From NCBI RefSeq assembly GCF_037042905.1, contig NC_087252.1:1490001-1554000 (forward strand): a DNA stretch of 64,000 nucleotides. Direction: 5' to 3'. Below the pieces are notes generated by a model. It was not told the DNA's origin. It ran no database searches and saw only the letters and a program-made list of their open reading frames with translations. The translations under genes were made by a program, and so were the position numbers. Shown here piece by piece: positions 12,692 through 27,600 of the stretch (positions within the stretch are counted from its first letter, which is position 1; every line of letters starts with the position of its first letter). This DNA is from Lytechinus pictus (Eukaryota).

Positions 12692-15600
12692 GTTTGTATT
12701 GGCTGCACTGCTGCGGTGTGTGTGTTATGTCATCCATTGTCACCTGTTTATTTACGCAATGCCTAGTGGAAATACAAACTTGTTTGACTTCCTCATCTTT
12801 AGTTCACGAAGCTTATGACTTATGTTATCTTTATGTACATGCTTATGGCGTTATGCAGTCCAGAATGGCCAGATGAGGATAACTTAACTGTCTTTAACTT
12901 TTAAGTTTAAAAATTGTTGAATTGTAAAATAAAAAATTGAAAAAGGAATGCTTAATGAATAACAAATCAGTAACAATCATGACAATTGTCATTCTGTATA
13001 TATGCTGTAATTGTTAAATCCCACTTTTGGCCTTTATGACGTGAGAGTATAGAGCTAGAGTAGATCTAAACTCCGTGGACATGATGGACAAGCAAAAAAA
13101 AAAAAAGAAATGGGGTCTATCACCTACACGTATGACTTATTTTTTCCAAGTATGAGCATTGAAATTTTGAGGCTAGGGGGTGCAGTAACTTAGATGATGA
13201 GCATGAAGGCAAGATATTTAAGTTACTTCAGGAATTCTTTAAAATACACTTTTCTGAGCTGTCCTCTAAATTTTTAAATTTTGAGATACATTTCCAGTCA
13301 AGCAATGATGTGATTTATGAATGATATTCTAGAATAGAAATATATTCTAGATCATATTTATTTGCTTGGAAGCTTGTTTTTTAATGAACTACATGTAACT
13401 ACATGTACAACTTTTATAAAGACAATTTAATAATACATTTATAATACATATGATTTATATAGCGTCTTTTCCATTTTGATTAAATGCTCAAGGCGCTTAG
13501 AAGAGAGCAAACTTATAAGTAAAGAGAACTAAAAGAAGACCCCCCCCCCACAGATCCAGGAAATTACTTTTCTGGAAGATTTTTTTTTTTATATGACAAC
13601 ATGTATAAAATGATAAATTGTTAAATATTTCTTCATTCCCTCCTACATACATGTACATTCTGATGGAAACTTAGATTATTTGTGTGAAGCTTTATATGGA
13701 ATGTGCTTTTATTTTGTAAATAAAAAATGTAAAATAACAATTTATTGATTTTTATTGAAGTGATTGATGTTAAAATAGTAAGATCCTGTATATTAAGGTC
13801 TACAGAAAGTGTTGATTATTTTCTTTTAAGTATTTTCCCTCCTTTTTTATATTTTGGTTGGATCATGTAAATTTGATTATAACATTTCCCTCCTTTTTTA
13901 TTTTGGTGGGATCATACAGTATATACAGTAGGCTTACATGTAAACTAAGATTTGTATTGTGTACTCAAAGATTTTTACCATCCATGTTCTCCTTAAATCC
14001 TTGATTTTGATTGGCTATTGAGTATTGTTACCATAGCAGTAACCATTTGAGAGTAAAGTTACAATAATGGTACCTTATTTGCATGAGGGTGCCTGTAATA
14101 AACTAATTATAGATAGTAGGGAGTGGGTAAATTTGGAATATGACTTGTCCTTTTATATTGGAATGTAAAATATACTGCAGTACAGTACGTGTAATTAAGA
14201 AAACATAATATAATTCATGTTAGTTGAAATAATGTATTTATGTAATGTTCAGACATGTATTTAGTTTTTGTTGTTCTGCTCTGAAGCGCTTTGAGCATCT
14301 AATCAAGATGGAAAGTGCACTGTACAAATCTCATGTATTATTATTATTATCATTCATGTCTACCAAACTAGTTGAATATTTCTTGTGTTTGTCTCCCCCT
14401 TCCACCATACAGTTTGACCTGAATGACCCTCACCCGGAGCTTATTGTTCATTGGGCGGGTAAAGGCAGTGATGTCATATTGTGTCTCACCCGTGACATCA
14501 CGCAAACCACCCATTCAGCGAGCTACGTTTATATCTCAGAAGACTATGGGGCAACTTTCACAAACAAGTCTAGTACAATGTTCAACACTTCACCCAATCA
14601 GAGACCAGTCTACGATCGATTTTACAGTAGTAAGGCTGATGAAAGGAGGGTAAGGCTTTGTTTAATTCCCCAGGCACCTGTTTCATAAAACTTGCTCTAA
14701 TAACAAATTTCTGATAACAGTTTAAAGCTACTGAAATCATACAATTTGATTGGCTAATAGTAAACTTGTTATTATTACAAGTCTTTATGAAACAGGACCC
14801 ATGCTTTTAATTTTATGTTTTTTTCACGTTCTTCTGAAAATAATTTTCAAATAATTTCCTACTAAGACCACATGACCACGGGTATTGTGGTCTAGTGGTT
14901 TGATCACTGGACTCATAATCGCAAGGTTGTGAGTTTGAATCCCAACTCTGCCACTGTCTCCACTTTGATTAAAAAAAAAAAAAACAGAGAGTAATATATG
15001 TCGTCTATATGGTCAGCCACTATGACTGATTAAAGGTTAAAAGACGGTAGTTGCAGCAAATAGTTATTTCATGAAAAAGTCTTTTTAAAATTAAATCAAG
15101 GTTAATTGTCAAAATATTAACATACACTGTATATTTAGATTGGGTACATTAATGTAAACTTGTAAAATCATGAAATCTTAGCTCGAAATCGATAATTCTG
15201 ATGATCAGTAACACAGAAAAGCATATGTGGAACAGTGTATTAATATTGCTTTGAAAAATACCCGACATTTGATGGAATTTCATGCTTATTTTGCTAATTT
15301 CTCCACAATTTTTCTTCCAGAGCTACGTACATTTAATAGGCAAATGTATATATACAAACACTTTGGTGGTAATTTCATTGGATTCTCTTCAAACTCGGTT
15401 TGAGATCTTTACCACAATTATCTTTAAACTAGACGTAAAATGTTTGCTATGTAATTGGTTATACCAGTTTGGCGTTTACCAGCAAAAAGCTGTCCTGCTG
15501 AGTTCCTATGGGAGTTACCATAAACAGAAACAGAAATAGATAATTCCTTGGCCCCTGAATATCTCAGTGAAAAATTAATCAGATAATACCTTCACGTAAT

Positions 15601-18600
15601 CTAAAGATCTTCACAGACATATAAAAGTGTCCAGTTGTTCAGACCAAGTTCTATGGGGAGAGATCATTTTGTCATGCTGCCCCTAAACTTTGGAATTCGA
15701 TCCCATCTTCCATGAAGGAGGCATCTACATACATGCTCTACATTCTAAAGTTGCCTCAAAACTTATTTGTTTTGATTGAGTCAGTCTAAGTACTGCTTTA
15801 ATCCACTCTCTTCCCTCTAGATCTATTTTCCTATTAAGCGCATCTAGAGAGATGCCTTTGGGCAGTGATATGCGCTATACCAGCACTGTCGTATTATCAT
15901 TTATTAATTATGCAAAATCTTCTAAAAATGTATTCACAGATAAAGCTTGAAAAACACATGCTAACACTCAGGTTGGATGGGCAGATATTCCACTTAATGC
16001 CCAGTTTTCTTTAAGATTTTGCTTTGGAAACATTTGTTTTGGCCTTAAAAATTGTGTTTGTGAAATTCTGTGAATTCGGTAAGAGGATTTTTTTTAACGA
16101 TCAATTTAACCTCAACAAAACCAAACACAGAACAGAAAATCAGGTGTTAGTTTAAAAGTTATAGAAAATTGATTAAAGTTATTTTTCAGTTTTAATTTGA
16201 TGTTACAACTTCACACCGTGCATAGATAAAGTAAAGGGGTGAGTTGTAACTTGAAATATGGTGGCCTAAAATAATGTCCAAAATTTCAAATTCAAACATA
16301 TTTTGTGAAATCCTGCTTGATACTACATGTAGTTTGATTTTGAACATTTAAGCTTTGGAATTTTATGAATTTCAAAATTCTTTGGATCTAAACCAGTCTA
16401 GATTTTAATTTTAGAAATTGGTTTGCAAAAATGACCATGATGACCTACATACAATAATGTAGTACATCTTTAAGTATAACTTATACATACATGTACAAAC
16501 AATAATATGAAACACCCCCTAGTTCAGTTCAGGTACACATGCTCTTTTTAGAGTCTTAGACACCGTTCTCATTACGCTTTCTAAAACTAGTTTACTGGAA
16601 ACCGATTCAGGAAACCAGTTTGGAAGATCGCTTTGCTAGCGTTCCCACTTGATCACACGAAAGTGGTTTTCAATATCACTTCACGTAAAGCGATCTTGTT
16701 GCTATAGAAACGCTCTCAGTGGGGCAACACGTTTCATGCAAAATTCGAAATCGCAAAGTAGGAATTCTACACCTGTCGTGTGGAGTAGCGCACTCAAAAT
16801 GTGCGAAGATCGCTTCCCGATGAACGGTTGTGTCCTCACTTGCGCTAAAACCAGTTTAAAGCGATCTTGAAAACTACATCGCAAGGTTTTTTTCTGAACT
16901 GGTTTAAAAGATCGCTTCAACTTTTCTCACTACGCGTTTAACTAGTTTCCACTAAAACTAGTTCCAGTAAACTAGTTTTAGGAAGGTAGTGAGAATGGTG
17001 TCTTAAGGCCACCGCAGACCTTACGACTGTTCGCGATCCGATTTTGGAACAAATCGCATCTTGCTCATTTCCTGAAAATGTGAATGGAACATATTATTTG
17101 AGGTTTAAATTAATTGGAAGAAAGCTAATATAACCATTTTGAAAGATTGCAAGCCTTTATTTCGAAGTAAAGGCCAAATTAGTTTTAAAACATAGGCAAT
17201 GGTACGACTGCTATGACGTCATTACGACTAGATATAAAATTCGCTTTTATTCTAAGAAGGATGATAGCATAGTCACAGACTTGAACATACTGTAGGTATT
17301 CGTACGATGATTTAGAACATTACACAGTATTCCAAGTCTCAATGCTAGCATCAAATTCTAGTCCATTTTATTCTGAAATCGGGTCGCAGCAGACCAATCG
17401 TAAGGTGTGCGGTCGCCATTAGATATAAAAAAAGCAAGAAAATGATTGATCATAAACAAGACCAATTGCAGCTTGTGTCTAGAGTAGACATGTTTGCAGC
17501 ACCTTCATAAAACAGTTTGATCATGTGACCCAGAATTGGGACAAAGAGGGACTTGACTAGGATCTGATTGGATAGGGAAGAGAATCAACCAAACATCGTT
17601 CCAGAAAGAGCAAATAGTATTAAAATCTATATTGTCATATTTCTATGGGTTGGTGGCAAACAGTATGGTCGTACATGGGCACAGTGCTTTGTGTGGATGT
17701 TCATTGCCAACAGGTGTGCATTCATGTGTGTAGAATGGCAATGCCCATGATGAGAGAGAACTTGGTACAATGGTCATATTTCAGTGCACACAAATGCATC
17801 CTTGTGTCACGTGCGTGCAGACTGCAGAGCAAATAATCTTTTTGTGTACCTATAGTGATATTTATTCATACATGGCCTGGCAATGGTTGAATGTGATAGT
17901 TTTGTCAAATTACAGACCAATTTCATTAAAAAAACTTTTGAGATACATTTTATTGGGTTTGTGTATTTCAGGCAAAATGGGCTGCCAATATTGTCCAGCT
18001 ACATGTAGTTGAGAGTGAGACTCCTGTAGGCCAATGACATCAAAATTAGTGAGATCAATAGAAATGCATGCGAAATGAAATAGAGTGAGAAAGGACCAAA
18101 ATGAGTGAGTCTCACTCTCAATGAGTGAGAGTTGCCTTTTTTCAATTTCAGGGCCACTTTTCACACCAGGCTACAGTATTGGCCAAATATCTCCTACATT
18201 GGAGAAGCTTTAAGATTGCAGTGATTCCAGTGAATGGGGACATTCCAGGGCTCTTTCAAGCATTTCGGAAGCAAAATCACCCAAGCCCCATGTTCTTTAT
18301 TTATTTATTTTTTTTTGGGGTGTATTTTAACATTTTTGCACATAATTTGTAAAATAAAAAAATGATATCAATACCGGTAATTTGTTTTCTCCTTTTCTGT
18401 GTAGTGTACGGTACATGTAATGCTGAAGTTAAAGGAGAATGAAACTCTTGGAGCAAGTTAGCTTTTGTGAAAGCAGAAAAATCAAAGAATAAGATCAACA
18501 AAAGTTTGAGTAAAATAGGACTAGCAATAGAAGAGTTATGAGCATTTGAATGTTGAGATCACTAATGCTATGGAGATCCTCCCATTGGCAATGCGACCAA

Positions 18601-21600
18601 GATCTATGATGTCACAGATGAACAACTCTCCCCTTTTGGACACTGAAAATATACCCCAAAACATCTCTTTTTGCTCATTCTAATCATATGACAAATGATT
18701 CATCAATGATATAATGTTGTGAAACCTCTGTACTTGTCCTCTCATAAAGAGAACACCTCACCTTGTGATAGACTCTATAAAAGTGAGAATATAAGTGAAA
18801 TAAATACTAAAGTAATGAGGGAGTTGTACGTGTGTGACATCACAGATCTTGGTCGCATTGCCAATAGGAGGATCTACATGGCATTAGTGATCTCAATATT
18901 CAAATGATCATAACTTTCTTATTATTCATTCAATCTTCCCCAAACTTTCAACAATCTGTTTCTTTGATTTTTCTCTTTGATATGGATTCAGCTGGTTTCA
19001 AGGGTTTCATTCTCCTTTAAGTTAATAATATTATGGATCAGTATCCATAGTGCAATACATGTAAAAGAAATTGCAATTAATTTCCCCCAAAACAATGGGT
19101 CATTATTATCCCTTCAGAATCAATGCAGCATAACATTACATGTACATGTAGGCCTTACATTTGATTCAAATTTATGGATAATTCTTTCCTTTACATGTAT
19201 ATATACTTGTAGGAAGCCAGATTCGGATATGTTCGAAATGCTTGTGGAAAAGGTTGGGGTTGTTTATTTACCTTTTGAGAAAAATTATGTTGTGCATGTT
19301 AGTTTTTAGGATTTAAGGATATTTAGAGATAAATAAAAAAAACCTGGACTTCTCATTCTCTTTTCTTTTGTTGTTGCCTTCTTGCCTGTTTCCCCTTTTT
19401 AACTTCTTGAAAAATCCAAGGGGTGGAGGAGCAGTCACCCGACTTCCCCATCATTTATCCATCATCCGAATTTCAGGATATTTCAATGAATTACACAACC
19501 AAGATCTCTCATGTCTTCTTTATCGTGTCTGCTGCTTGCTCCATCATTTTTCCCCCTGTCCTTTCCTTTTTTTTTAATGAAAAATGATGTTGGGGGGGGG
19601 GGGGGGATTGGCGCCCTGTCTGAGCTGCAGCCCCCATTTAAGGTATACAGTAGATTCCTGCCTCTATTCATCTCTGTATGTATGCATTTCTTCCTATCCT
19701 GTTTGTATTATTCTATGATGATGAGCTATTGTAATACTACACTAGGCATGCCTCTTGGGATAGATTACTTCCCAAGCACAATTTGTAGATACTATGCTCG
19801 CTAGGATCAATTACAAAGTCAAGTAAGGTTTTGCATCTAAAGCTTTTCACACCTAAATCAGATTTATTCACATTTCACACAAGGACCGGTAGTATACATA
19901 CATACGTAATAGGCCTGGGTGTACATGTAATATGTAGTTGCATGTAGATTCAACTGAAACATGCTTTGGCTATTGTCTGGATGTATGCAATGAAAATATA
20001 TCAAAAATTATTATAAAATTGGGAAATTTCTTCAAAACAAATGCAATATCTCAACACATGAATCTTTCCCAATCTTGCTCGGGTTTAATCAAGACTGTCC
20101 AAAAAATTAATCCAAGAATGTTTGTTTTTTATAATGTACATTACATGTAGGTACTGAATCAGGCACAAAACTGTTAATATAATTTTTTTTTTGAGGGGGT
20201 TACTTTTCAAGTTTTCACAATATTAGTATACACGTACACTCTGCAACATTTAAGCTTTATCATTGCAAGGAATTGAAATTTTCCATGGCCCCTTTTATAT
20301 TTCACTTTCCAGGGCCCTTTTGAGCATTTCAATGCGAAAATGCCCAACCCCCCATGTAATTCCCCCCCCTATAGGTCTACTGCATGCATGGATCTTGGTA
20401 CATGTAGCTCATACAGTACATACATGTATGTACAATGTAGTTCATTTTCTAGTTCAGGTGGGATTTGAACCCTCGACCCTTGGTTAAAGAGTCAAGTGAC
20501 CGAACCACCACACCATTATATCTTTCAATTCAATTCAATTCAATTTATTGACCATTAAAAAGACATCAAAATATTTACAAAAATAACATGATACAAACAA
20601 ACTTAATTCAAAATATAACAGGTTACAAATTAATTAATGGTCAGGACCTCTAAGAAACAAGACTGCTAATAGCCGGGGCCCAACAAATACACAAATAACA
20701 TTACTGGAAAAAAAAAAAAGTTTATAAATAAACAAACACACACACACTTCCACACATCATCACACAATGCAAAAACACAGGAGATAGAATAGAATAGAAG
20801 AGAAGACAAGATAAAAAACAAGAAAAGATGAAATGCTATTACAATTCTCCACACCTTCTGCGGCCCCTGCATTCTCCTGTAAAGTTACATGTACCTGTAC
20901 ATGTACGTGTAGGATTGCCCTATGACTGTTGACAACCTCCTCTCTACCGTTCCTTCTTCTTGCAGTATTTGTTCACCGATGTGGTCAACTCGCTGGTCAC
21001 ATCCACCGAGGACTTTGGCAATTCATTCAGCACCTTCGACGTCCCGTTCAAACCGACGTCCATCTATACCCATGCCGTCAATCCTGACATCGTCCTCGGA
21101 ATGGACGAGAATGACGATCTCAAAAGGGTAAGTGGACCCAATCAATATCGTTTGGGATCCTTTTCTCGACTTTGAAAAAAAATGGCATCAGCTTCCAAAT
21201 TATTAAAGTCTTGGTAGTTTCCAACTCAAATTAAAATAGTTTGAAGGAAATATTTAATAATGCCTATCTACATGTACATGTAGGCATTTCATGTCTGTAA
21301 GATGTGAAATTTCAGCTACTTTTAAGTTTTATGGAAAGTTCTACCCCCTTCCTTTCTGGTACATGGTTTAACCGCCCATTATGAAATCCAAAATATGGGG
21401 TTCAGTAAAACTTCATTGCTGATTGGCAAAATACACATTTATTCAAATTAATTGAATACCCTTTCGACAACTACATGAGCAATATTAAATAGTAAAGGTT
21501 ATATTTTCCCTATATTGTTCATTGATAGCTACATGTACATATGTGAGCTTATGAATACGGTGTTTAATTCATCAATCAATGTTCATTTTTTGTTTGGTCA

Positions 21601-24600
21601 CATGCAGCTAACATGTACATTATAAAAAGTGCTTTTAACTTTAACAATAAAATGTATATTACATTAATATCTGAGTCACCATAGGCAGAAACATAAACAA
21701 TAAAACCGATCCTACCTCAACATGGTACAGTGTATTCAGAGTACCGGATATATTATATATATTTTCATTATAATGTTTGTAATTCCACTCCATGCAGTTT
21801 ATGGTTTTATTATGAGCAGTGTTTATCACTTGTCTTTTATCTCTTCTTTCCTCTCTTCTCATATTAATTATGCTCAACAAAAGAGAGCAAATTGGACTTT
21901 GAGTCCATTTTCATACTCTCACGCTATAATGGCCTCCAAATGTTGTGATGGGTAGACTAGCCAGTACATGTACAACCATGTATTATACAGACCCATTTCA
22001 GTAGTTGGTTTATTGTTGCTAAAAAATGCTAAAAGAACATGAAAGGGGGAAGTGCATACTGTTTGAATAATGATTTTCATGTGTACTCTATGTACAGAGT
22101 AAATACTGTATATGAAGTATATGACCTTAGTTTTTGTTGTTTTTGAATTATATCAGGTTTCTATTGAAATATTAAAAAGAAGAACAAACTTTGAATGTAA
22201 TAAATCATTGGAATTTTCAATTGAATTTGACAAGAACAGAAAAAAAAAAATGATGGGAAATGTACAATGTTGTGTTTATTACAGTACATGAATTTCCTTA
22301 ATTTTCACATTTTATCATGTTGTGAAGAGGAAATAAGGTCTGAAATATTTTATATTTTTATACATGTACCTTCAATATTCAAACATAAAAATGCACATTT
22401 TATACTATACCCTACATAAATGTCTTTAAAAAATGAATTGGGATCAGTTTAATTCCCTGTAGAATTAAATCTTATGGCCCATATTCTCAACTCGGGTTTA
22501 AAGCAGAAATGAACCACCAGCATTAACAGCGCCACCTCAAGTCCTAAACTCCTCAGATCTGGCCAACATAATGCAGCATTCTAGGCTGTGTAGTCTTGTT
22601 ATATAGGCCCACTTGAATAAAACACACTGATTCACATCTCAATACATTCATATCACGCTAATTGAATCATATACTAAGTCGCAAAATAAGAACTATCCTA
22701 TCAAAAACATTTTTTAGTTTCTCTGTATGAATGAAATTATAGGCTAATTAATGATCTATGTTATTGATGGTTATCTCAAAATTTACATTTTTAAGACTAT
22801 TTATAACATACCTGTACAGTCAGTTAGATATTTCATTGCATGTTGGTCAGTTTAATTCTCCTTCTATTTAAACTCCAGTCTGATGTGGTTTAACTATGGA
22901 TAGCCATGCCAATAGTGTCATTAATCTCTTTACAGTAGAGATTTGTAGGATCAGCTCATGTGACTCTCAAATACCTGCACAGTTGGTGTCTCAACCATTA
23001 ATGAATTGGGAAAGAGCACCATAAACATATAATGTAATCAGAATCGTGACACATTTGGCTTCCCATAATTATATCACAGACTTTTATAGACCACGGTCTA
23101 AACCCAACTTCAGAATACAGGCCATTCAGTATGGGCCATCTACATGAGTATCAGGAGCGATATTTTCATATTTTGTTCAGCATGCATGCATGTTGCATGG
23201 TGTGACCAAAAAAAAGAAAAGAAATCAAGAAAAGAAGAAAAAGCCTCAGCTGTACAATTTATTCTTTGTACTTTAAATTGCAGTTAACTTGTCAGTTTTG
23301 TTTCATATTGAATCTGTTAATTTCATCTCATTATTTCTTCTTTCTTTTGCAGCTTTATATCTCCATGAATTTTGGAGGTACTTGGGGTCTCGTAGAGCAA
23401 GATGTTAAGAGCTTCAGTTGGTAAGGTCAAAGTTCATTCACAAAAGTCAAATTTTAACATTGAGCTGTATTGATGAAAAAAAATCATAGTGGCAATGTAC
23501 TGTTTCTCTCTGCTTTATGTATGAATCTATCAAAAAGGCTGATAGGTAGTTTTATAGTGTATGTTGTTTAGATTACTGCATGTATTTATACCCTTTATTT
23601 ATTATATGAATATTTGCTCAGAATTTCAAACAAGCATAGATACATGTACTGAGGGGCCGGGGCAGTTGCTTTAGATATTCCCCACGTGAATTAGCCATTG
23701 TGTCACATTATAATTTTTAGAAGTTGCATTAGATTTCAGCAACTGAAAATTTCAAGGCAATCCCCCCAAAAAAAGAAAAAAAAAGAAAAATGGTCGGATA
23801 GGTGCATTGGTGTATATTTGTTATTCCATTAATATTTTGCAACATGAATTATTGATGCTCTCATCATCGAATCCTGGCGCAAGTCATGAATATTTTAATG
23901 GATCTCCGCAACATCAGATATTCACTACAATACTGAAAACATGTAGAGTACATTATTAATTTCTGGTGTATATATTTCCTGAAAATAAAGCTGAAAATTT
24001 ATCTGGAATATATTGATGGTTCTTTGGCTAATTACATGTAGATTGAAGACTAGTCTACATTGCAAGCATGTAAGCAAATTTATTTGTACATAATAATAAT
24101 AATAGCTGGATTTATAAAGCGCTTTTTTTGCCTGAGGATACAAAGCGCTGCTATTATTACCCCAGCTTTAGCTCGAGCTACCATCACCGGTGCTCAGTGC
24201 ATGCAAGGAATTACTCCTACCGGGTACCCATTCACCTCACCTGGGTCATGTGCAACAAAGTGTGGATAAATTTCGTGCTGAAGGAAAACACGCCATGGCT
24301 AGGATTTGAACCCACGACCCTCTGTTTCAAAGGCGAGAGTCAGAACCCTAGACCGCGACGCACCCACATGTAGAGTGTAGTTCTACTAGTGGAATTTATT
24401 GTGATTATTAATTCACAGATCTTGTTCTTATATTAAGTTTAATGCCAATTTTACGGATTTCATATTCAAATTATATCCCTTTGTATCAAAGGATTACCGG
24501 TATATCATTTTTTTGATGCACGATAATTTGATTTGTTATTTCTTCATTAGATATTTTTCTATTTATTAGATATTTTTCTATTTGTATGTGGCATATAAAA

Positions 24601-27600
24601 AAATATTGCATGATGAAAATATATACAATTCATGTAATTTAATTATTGTCGAAATTATTTCACCGGAATATTCTGGGGTTTTTGCCTTGTTGTGATGAAA
24701 ATAAAAAACTGTTCATAATTTTCCCACTTTTCATCTCCAGGGGTGTTGAGCCGTGGGATAGGACCGATACCATCTATGTAGAGAGGTTGGAGGTTGATGG
24801 AACGAGCTCTGTCAGTAAATCAGATGATTTTTATGAGTCCAGAGAGGTTGTTATCACTGGTATAAAGGACTTTGAGGTCAGGGATGACTATCTCTTTGCC
24901 ACGCGAGAGAAAGCTGGCACAGTAAGTGCATTATGACTTTATATTAATTCTTTGCTCCTTGCTATATATTCCTTGTCATGTACATGTACCATTCATTCTT
25001 CTACAGGTGTATAGAAACATGAATTATAAAGCATGTTACAAATTGTGCGTATTAAAGGAGAATGAAACCCTTGAAACCAGCTGAATCCATATCAAAGAGA
25101 AAAATCAAAGAAACATATTGTTGAAAGTTTGAGGAAGATTGAATGAATAATAAGAAAGTTATGAGCATTTGAATATTGAGATCACTAATGCCATGTAGTT
25201 CCTCCCATTGGCAATGCGACCAAGATCTGTGATGTCACACACGTACAACTCCCTCATTACTTTAGTACTTATTTCACTTATATTCTCACTTTTGTAGAGT
25301 CTATCACAAGGTGAGGTGTTCTCTTTATGAGAGGACAAGTACAGAGGTTTCACAACATTATATCATTGATGAATCGTTTGTCATATGATTAGAATGAGCA
25401 AAAAGAGATGTTTTTGGGGTATATTTTCAGTGTCCAAAAGGGTAGAGTTGTTCATCTGTGACATCATAGATCTTGGTCGCATTGCCAATAGGAGGATCTC
25501 CATAGCATTAGTGATCTCGACATTCAAATGCTCATAACTCTTCTATTGCTAGTCCTATTTTACTCAAACTTTTGTTGATCTTATTCTTTGATTTTTCTGC
25601 TTTCACAAAAGCTAACTTGCTCCAAGAGTTTCATTCTCCTTTAACTATTATAATTTGGTTCGCATTATTTTCCTGGTATCAGAACATACATATAACGTTG
25701 TACAATAAGTGCTGGAATCACACAATTGATTTGCTGCTAGGTCAGGAGGAGGGCTGTCTCAATGCTTTCCCGTAGAGTTTACGCAAAATTTTAAAGGGAA
25801 GGTGAGTTGAAACTTATGAAATCATAGGGGGGAAACCCCGGTGTAGTGGTCCACCTGCACTCCCTCCAGTCAGTTATATCGGGAGGAGAGACATGCGGGT
25901 CACAGTGATTCAGTTTGCTTTTCGCCTCCCAGGCACAGGTGACGCCAAACAAATAATAGTAATAATAATGACAATTCATGCACATGTTGCTTTTGGTATA
26001 TTGGATCAATTAAAAAAAAAACGGTGGGTATTTCAAAAAGCTGTTTGTAAAGATAGGTATAACTTTTACACTAGACTGGAACATGTTCTTAAATTTAGTC
26101 AGCAACAACATATCTAGGGATATGGCATATAGCACAACTAACTGGTTGCCAACTGTGCTTAGTAATTAATTAGTTACAGCTTTATTAAAAAGGTCAAGTC
26201 CACCTCAGGAATATATTGATTTGAATCAAAAGAGAAAAATCAGACAAGCATAATACTGAAAATTTAATCAAAATCAGATGTAAAATGAGAACGTTATGAC
26301 ATTTTGAAGTTTCACTTATTTTTCACAAAATAGTTATATGCACAATTTAGTCACATGCAAATGAGAGAATAGATGATGTCCCTCACTCACTATTTCTTTT
26401 GTTTTTTATTGTTTGAATCAAACAATATTTCAATTTTTACAAATTTGAAAATAAGGACCAACTTGACTGAACCATAAAATGTTAAACAATGGTAATTCCA
26501 CATATTCAGGGAGAAATAAAACTTTGTTTCACAGGACAATGAGGAGAAAATATTGATATTTCATATTTCATATAATAAAATACAAAAGAAATAGTGAGTG
26601 AGTGATGTCATCAGTTCCCTCATTTGCATGCAGACCGGGATGTGCATATTACTGTTATGTGAAATTAAGTGAAACTTTAAAATGTCATAACTTTCTTATT
26701 TCAAATCCGATTTCGATGAAATTTTCAGTGTTATGCTTGTTGGAGTTTTCTCTTTTTATTCAAATAAACATTTTGTTGGGATGGACTTGTCCTTTAAGCA
26801 TCCACTCGCTCAACCATATTCACATGTGTGATACAGAAACTAGTAATGATGAAGATAATCGTGTCTAATGTTACAATAACATGAAACTGTATTTTTTAAA
26901 ACTGTGTTCACACTAGAAAACACCTAAGAAAGTCAAGTGCCTACATGAACAGAGCACAAGAGGTTGTTGATTCATAAGTAGCTTGTGGTCTAGTGGTTAG
27001 AGCATTGGACTCATGATTGTAAGGTTGTGAGTTTGAATCCCCATTCTGCCATTGTCTCCACTTTGATGATATCTGTTTGCTATAAGGTCAACCACAAAGC
27101 CTGATTAATAGACATTTTCCTATGTAATTGGTTATACACCAGCAAAAAGCTGTCCTGCCAAGTTCCTACTGGAGTCGCAATAACAGAAACAAGTAGCTTT
27201 AATTCAGCTGACAGGTTCAGTGTCATCATGAGTGCATGAATGAATGAAGGAGTGGATGAATAATGTAGATGAACAGATGAATAAATGAGTGAAAGAAAGA
27301 GAGAAAGAGAGAAAGAAAGAAGGAAAGAAAGAATGAAGGAAAGAAAGAAAGAGTGAATGGATGAATGGATGAAGGAATGAATGAATGAATGAATGAATGA
27401 AGGAATGTACATGTATGAATGAGTGAATGAATGAATGGATGGATGAATGAATAATATTCCGCATTTATATAGCGCTTAACACATCGGAACGATGTCTCTA
27501 AGCGCTTTACAGATATATTATTACCCTGGTCATCGGATCCTTGCATGCCTGCATACAATGTATGCATCTTCTCCACTCCCTGGGGAGCATTCCAACAAGA

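Noticed and set aside
18719..18907. Repeated [23 protein letters not shown] (also 25159-25353) as a small gene pair
   Set aside because: Lies inside two copies of the same MITE and starts at GTG; identity reflects recent transposition.
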